Assembly (NCBI GenBank): GCA_043803405.1
Contig: JAZDKB010000015.1
Span: 128,001-192,000, forward strand
Length of the DNA: 64,000 bases
Source of the DNA: Spirochaetota bacterium
GTDB lineage: Bacteria > Spirochaetota > UBA4802 > JAFGDQ01
Direction of reading: 5' to 3'
The notes below the pieces were generated by a model. It did no database searches. It was not told the origin of the DNA and was given only the letters and a program-made list of their open reading frames with translations. Below, piece after piece: positions 59,562-64,000 of the stretch. The translations under genes and the position numbers were made by a program. The number at the start of each line of letters is the position of its first letter. Position 1 is the first letter of the stretch.

Positions 59562-60167
59562 ATGGCAGTAAACACAAAAAATAGCTCAAAAACAGGAGCA
59601 AAAACTTCCGCTCAAAAGAAAGGCGCATCAAAACAAGCAAAAAAGCCGGAAAAGAAAGCATCGTCAAAAACTGTTGTGAAATCCGGCGCTGCTCAAAAAA
59701 CAGCTATTGATAAAAACTCAACAGAAACCAGTAAAGCCTTTGACAAAAAAATAGATGAATTGGCTCAAAAAAGCGCTTCTGTTCAAAAACAGAACGAAAA
59801 ATCAAAATCTTCGATGAAAACATATATCGGTATATTAGTTATTCTTATAGCAGCTGTACTTGTTTATTTCTTATATCCGAAAGGGAAACCGGCGACTGTA
59901 AAAGATCAGGCTATCCCCAAAGAACCGGCTGCACCTGCTCCTGAAGCAAAAGCAATCGAGCCAAAAACCGAGGCAGCAAAGCCAAAAACGGGCGATGTAA
60001 TAATATATAAAGTAAAGTACAAAGACCAGTTAACCGAAATAAGCAAACAGCAGTATGGCAGTTTTAAAGAATGGAAACGTATTTATGAAGCCAATAAAGA
60101 TAAAATAAAAAATCCCAACCTGATATATCCAGGCCAGGAATTCATTATACCCAAGATTGAAAAATAA
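59562..60167 (+). CDS. Bitopic membrane protein with C-terminal LysM domain
   Basis: GAGAGG SD; Lys/Ala-rich N-tail, TM helix, Pro/Ala linker, YKVKYKDQL...WKRIYEANKDKIKNPNLIYPGQ. Confidence 0.85.
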   Translation: MAVNTKNSSKTGAKTSAQKKGASKQAKKPEKKASSKTVVKSGAAQKTAIDKNSTETSKAFDKKIDELAQKSASVQKQNEKSKSSMKTYIGILVILIAAVLVYFLYPKGKPATVKDQAIPKEPAAPAPEAKAIEPKTEAAKPKTGDVIIYKVKYKDQLTEISKQQYGSFKEWKRIYEANKDKIKNPNLIYPGQEFIIPKIEK

Positions 60168-60179
60168 TCTACGACAACT

Positions 60180-60203
60180 AGAGACAGCTGAAAGGCTGTC
60201 TCT
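60180..60203. terminator. Hairpin between convergent genes
   Basis: AGAGACAGC-TGAAAG-GCTGTCTCT; no strong U-tract. Confidence 0.5.
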
Positions 60204-60227
60204 GGCATAGCCTCTAATTATAAGCAT

Positions 60228-61346
60228 TTAGCTGATATATACCTTCTGTACTCTTTTGGAAATACCGCAAGTCACTTCATAAGGTATTGTGCCTATCAAT
60301 TCCGCTATTGTCTCTGCTGTAACTTTATCTTTACCGAAAAGGACTACTTCAGTGCCAACCGGATATTCGTCATTGCCGAGATCAACGAGTATTTGATCCA
60401 TGCAAACACGTCCCGCTACCCAATACATTTTTCCGCTGATAATTACGCAGGCCTTATTCGAAAGAAACCTGCTGTAACCGTCACCGTAACCGGCAGGTAT
60501 TGTAGCAATATTAGTATCGGACCCGGTTTTATACGTAAGTCCGTACGAAAGAGGCGTATCCTTCTTAACCCTCTTTATAAAAACAATACAGCTTTTAAAT
60601 GTCATTGAAGGTATCAACTTAACACTGGAATTACAGTTCCTGGATGGTCTGTATCCATAAGCCATAATTCCCGGACGCACCATGTTGAACATTGATTCTT
60701 TGTAGTTAAGTATTGCTGCGCTATTGGCCATGTGTCTGTATTTAACATCTAATTTATTTTTTTCAAATTCAATAATTAATGATTTAAAGATATTTATCTG
60801 GTTCCGTGTAAATTCCGATTCGGGATCATCAGGTACAGGGCAATGTGTAAAAATGCCTTCGAGGATAACACCCGGAAGGACTGAAATTCGTTTACCGATT
60901 TCCAGCGCTTCATTTGGCATACACCCTATTCTACCCATTCCTGTGTCGATTTTCAAATGCAGTTTTAGAGTTTTCCTTTTTTTAGATGCTGCAGCCGATA
61001 TCATTTCTGCAAGGCTAAGATCAGCCACTGTCTGGGAAATATTGTAGTCGAGCAATGCTTCAATCTCTTCTTTGCGCGGAAGTATTAACCCGAGATTTAA
61101 CACCGGAAGTTTTATGCCTGCTTCACGGAGTTCTATCCCCTCTACAGGCGAGGACACGCCAAGCATATCAGCAAGGCTGTTTTCCTCAGCCAGCCTGGAT
61201 ACCTGAACCGCGCCGTGGCCATAGCCGTCGGCCTTCACTGCAAGAAGAACGGATTTATTATCAGTGTGTTTTTTTATCGACTCAAGATTTTTTCGTATAG
61301 CAGTCAGGTCGATTTCTATATATGTTTTCTTTAAAATATTCTTCAT
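60228..61346 (-). CDS. alr: Alanine racemase
   Basis: AVKADGYGHG, KIDTGMGRIG, ANSAA, VRPGI, GYGDGY, GRVCMDQ, TIPYE. Confidence 0.96.
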   Translation of the reverse strand: MKNILKKTYIEIDLTAIRKNLESIKKHTDNKSVLLAVKADGYGHGAVQVSRLAEENSLADMLGVSSPVEGIELREAGIKLPVLNLGLILPRKEEIEALLDYNISQTVADLSLAEMISAAASKKRKTLKLHLKIDTGMGRIGCMPNEALEIGKRISVLPGVILEGIFTHCPVPDDPESEFTRNQINIFKSLIIEFEKNKLDVKYRHMANSAAILNYKESMFNMVRPGIMAYGYRPSRNCNSSVKLIPSMTFKSCIVFIKRVKKDTPLSYGLTYKTGSDTNIATIPAGYGDGYSRFLSNKACVIISGKMYWVAGRVCMDQILVDLGNDEYPVGTEVVLFGKDKVTAETIAELIGTIPYEVTCGISKRVQKVYIS

Positions 61347-61656
61347 TGATATATATGTTCAAAGCATTATTTATGTTAATTATTTATCCTGACTGACTTT
61401 TCCGTGATATTATAATCAGGTTAGAAATATATGTTGTTGCTCAATTATAATAAATACATTTTTTTATCAAGGTATATTTTTACCTGGAAAAATCTTTATT
61501 AGAGTCCGTGGATGGAGTATTTGCGGCGGTATAGCCGGAAAAATCGTGTATCTCATTAACATAAAATAATTGCCGAATATTGCTTGACTGATATGCAAAT
61601 AATGTATAAAAATCAAACCTATATAATAAAATTATCAAAATTCAGGGATATTTTTT

Positions 61657-62316
61657 ATGAAAAAACTAGCTTTAATCCTAATAATACCAATAATTATCAT
61701 AATGTCGGCAAGTGCATTCCCGTACGCAAAAACCATGGACGGGAAAATAGGCACAGGTTATGCTTCCGATCCTGAAAAATTCGGATGGCAATTAAACTTC
61801 GCATGGCTTGCAGATCTTGATCCGTTCTTCGCCCTCGGCTTTGAGCCCGGTTTTTACTGGGCTACATGGGAGAAGAAAGTAAGCAGCGTAGAAGTCGGCG
61901 AAGTAGGCGCCAATGTAAAAGCCGACTCGGACGCGTATATTATTCCCGTACTCGCAGACGCGCAGATACGTTTCCCGAACCTGCAAAGCAGACTGCATGT
62001 AATTCCGTACCTTACTCTTGGCCTCGGCTATTCATTCATGATTTTGCATTATGCTACGCCCGAATATGACGATTCCGGAGGACAACATCACGACTCCGAT
62101 ACCCAGACAAAATTCTTCCATGGATTTACATGGCAGTTAATGCTAGGGATGGCTTACGATCCTGGCCAATCGTCAAAGATAAAATTTATTGCTGAAGTCG
62201 GCTACAGAGGAGCAAAGCTTTCCAAAGGCAACCTGGAAATTGATATGTCGGGAGTTGTGTTAAATATCGGAGTAAAATATCCGCTCGGGGAATCCGAACC
62301 GGCAAAATCGATATAA
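61657..62316 (+). CDS. Small outer-membrane beta-barrel protein
   Basis: Signal peptide; IPYLTLGLGYS, FTWQLMLG, FIAEVGYR, LNIGVKY strands. Confidence 0.65.
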   Translation: MKKLALILIIPIIIIMSASAFPYAKTMDGKIGTGYASDPEKFGWQLNFAWLADLDPFFALGFEPGFYWATWEKKVSSVEVGEVGANVKADSDAYIIPVLADAQIRFPNLQSRLHVIPYLTLGLGYSFMILHYATPEYDDSGGQHHDSDTQTKFFHGFTWQLMLGMAYDPGQSSKIKFIAEVGYRGAKLSKGNLEIDMSGVVLNIGVKYPLGESEPAKSI

Positions 62317-62343
62317 ACTAATTATGCAATCTTATTACTATAC

Positions 62344-62373
62344 CGGGCTGCACTCACAAGGCAGCCCGTTTTT
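62344..62373 (+). terminator. Intrinsic terminator
   Basis: CGGGCTGC/GCAGCCCG stem followed by T-tract. Confidence 0.7.
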
Positions 62374-62382
62374 ATTATTTTT

Positions 62383-63912
62383 TTATTTCTCCAGCAGTTT
62401 AAATTCAGTACGCCTGTTCTTTTCATCAAAGCCCGGGCCCATCTGCGGGATTATCGGCTTTCTTTTGCCGAAGCCCCTGATCGCAAATCTGTCTTTGGAT
62501 ATTCCTTTGCTGATCAGATAATCCATTACAGATTTTGCCCTTGCCATGCTCAGTTTATCGTTAAAGTCATCCGAGCCGTGAAGATCGGTATGTCCTATTA
62601 TCTCAAAACGCATTGAAGCATGTTTCTTTACATATTCAGCAAATGCATCGAGATACGGAAACGACTCAGGCTTGATTTTCGCAGACTCAAAATCGAAATA
62701 AATTGAATGGATATCGAAGCTTGCTTCTTTCTCAATCGGAGAAAGCTCAAATATCTGCGGCTTTCCTTTTAGAGCAGCTATATCGATTGAATCAAAAAGA
62801 GGCAGATATCCTTCTTCATTTATAAAAACATCCAGATTCTTTACCTGCGGTTTATGTTTTACCAGGGCTTCACCTTTAGCATCTGTTCTTTTTTTAATCT
62901 CGTATGTTGCCGGACTTTTATCGCCTTCTTTTACTTTTGTAGATAACTTCATTTCAGTTTCCACGGGCTTTTTGGTTTTTTTATCGCGGACAATTATTTT
63001 TAATGTATCGTCCTGAACTGATATCCCTGCTGTATATATATCGTATGAACCGTATCCGCCTTCCCTGTCCGAACAGAAATATATTGAATCATTTATCAAT
63101 GAAAGATTAGTCTCATTCTTCGGCGAATTTATTTCAGAGCCAAGATTTACCGGTTTCCCGAACGCCCCGTTTTCGTACTTCACGTAATACATATCCCAGC
63201 CGCCATATCCGCCCGCCCTTCTTGAAGAAAAGAAAAAGCCTTTGCCGTCCAGCGAGGGCACTAGCCCGGTATCCTGTGCGTTAACATTTACAGGCACAGG
63301 AAGCGGTTCAGGATTGATGAACTCGCCGTCGCTGTACGCAGCTTTCATGATGCGCGCCCTGCTGACATCTCCGAAAGGCATGCTGGTATAATACAGGGTA
63401 AGCGCGTCAGAGCTAAGGCTGGGGCTTCGCTCATGGCTTATAGTGTTTATTGCACCGGGCACTTTGATGGGGCTTGACCATCTTCCTTCAACATTTTTAC
63501 TTACATAAAGATCGAAAGATACTTTAATCTGCCCGGACATATCTTTAGGCATTTCAAAACTGCCGTCCCTGTCGGAAGAAAAAAATATAAATGAGCCGTC
63601 GGGCGTAATATATGGGCTTTCATCATCGTACCTGGAATTAATTTCACTTATAGGCACGGGATTTGTCCATGCATCGTTCTTATAGTAGCTGATGTATATA
63701 TGCTGATACCCGCTGCTGCCGCGCTTGGAGTTGAACACAAGGGTTTTACCGTCTGCAGTAAAGGAAGGAGCAAAATCCGCGCCGGCAGAATTTATAGGAG
63801 GTCCAATGTTCAAGACTTTATCAACATGAATAGTCTGCGCACTTATCTGTATTTTTATTAATAAGCATATAACAATTAAAGCTGACTGCAGTAATACTCT
63901 CCGGATGTGCAT
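62383..63912 (-). CDS. PD40 (WD40-like) repeat + OmpA C-terminal domain protein
   Basis: Repeats PSFTADGKTLVFNSKR, SPYITPDGSFIFFSSDR; IYFDFESA, IIGHTD, NDKLSMARA, KNRRTEF. Confidence 0.9.
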   Translation of the reverse strand: MHIRRVLLQSALIVICLLIKIQISAQTIHVDKVLNIGPPINSAGADFAPSFTADGKTLVFNSKRGSSGYQHIYISYYKNDAWTNPVPISEINSRYDDESPYITPDGSFIFFSSDRDGSFEMPKDMSGQIKVSFDLYVSKNVEGRWSSPIKVPGAINTISHERSPSLSSDALTLYYTSMPFGDVSRARIMKAAYSDGEFINPEPLPVPVNVNAQDTGLVPSLDGKGFFFSSRRAGGYGGWDMYYVKYENGAFGKPVNLGSEINSPKNETNLSLINDSIYFCSDREGGYGSYDIYTAGISVQDDTLKIIVRDKKTKKPVETEMKLSTKVKEGDKSPATYEIKKRTDAKGEALVKHKPQVKNLDVFINEEGYLPLFDSIDIAALKGKPQIFELSPIEKEASFDIHSIYFDFESAKIKPESFPYLDAFAEYVKKHASMRFEIIGHTDLHGSDDFNDKLSMARAKSVMDYLISKGISKDRFAIRGFGKRKPIIPQMGPGFDEKNRRTEFKLLEK

Positions 63913-64000
63913 AAATCCTCCTTAAAAATAGTATATCGTAATAAGATATTATTTTAATATTCAAAAGCAAATATTTTTTTGAATTTAAAAGGATTATTGC

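Overview
A bacterial chromosomal segment from a diderm (lpxC, several beta-barrel/OmpA proteins), probably anaerobic organism. Gene content and order suggest an uncultured spirochaete, but that is inference. 0.3-10.4 kb: lone glpA, CsgG-like lipoprotein, outer-membrane protein, Kef-type antiporter, Phd/VapC toxin-antitoxin pair, gpmI, glgA. 10.5-25 kb: rimP-nusA-infB-rbfA-truB-rpsO-pnp, M16 peptidase, bactofilin plus LysM-M23 peptidase, glyS, lpxC; truB has no ATG/GTG/TTG start. 25-33 kb: DUF3047-like protein, MBL hydrolase, tandem cNMP-GGDEF genes (one degenerate), B12 radical SAM, hypotheticals, birA. 33-43.4 kb: pheS/pheT, class IV cyclase (CYTH), GerMN protein and membrane proteins. Their spacers hold several palindromic non-coding elements, including a 117-bp MITE-like element with CsrA-site-like loops and a 22-bp-period array. 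44-58.7 kb: a minus-strand [FeFe]-hydrogenase locus with a sensor-less kinase, NarL regulator, pseudo-receiver, kinase/DRTGG/PHP/HATPase cassette, NuoE-like and [2Fe-2S] subunits, a NuoF-GltD fusion subunit, HydA, then aspA-hydF-hydE without hydG. 59-64 kb: LysM protein, alr, two outer-membrane proteins. I saw no tRNA, rRNA, CRISPR array or transposase. All calls come from reading motifs by eye; no searches were run.
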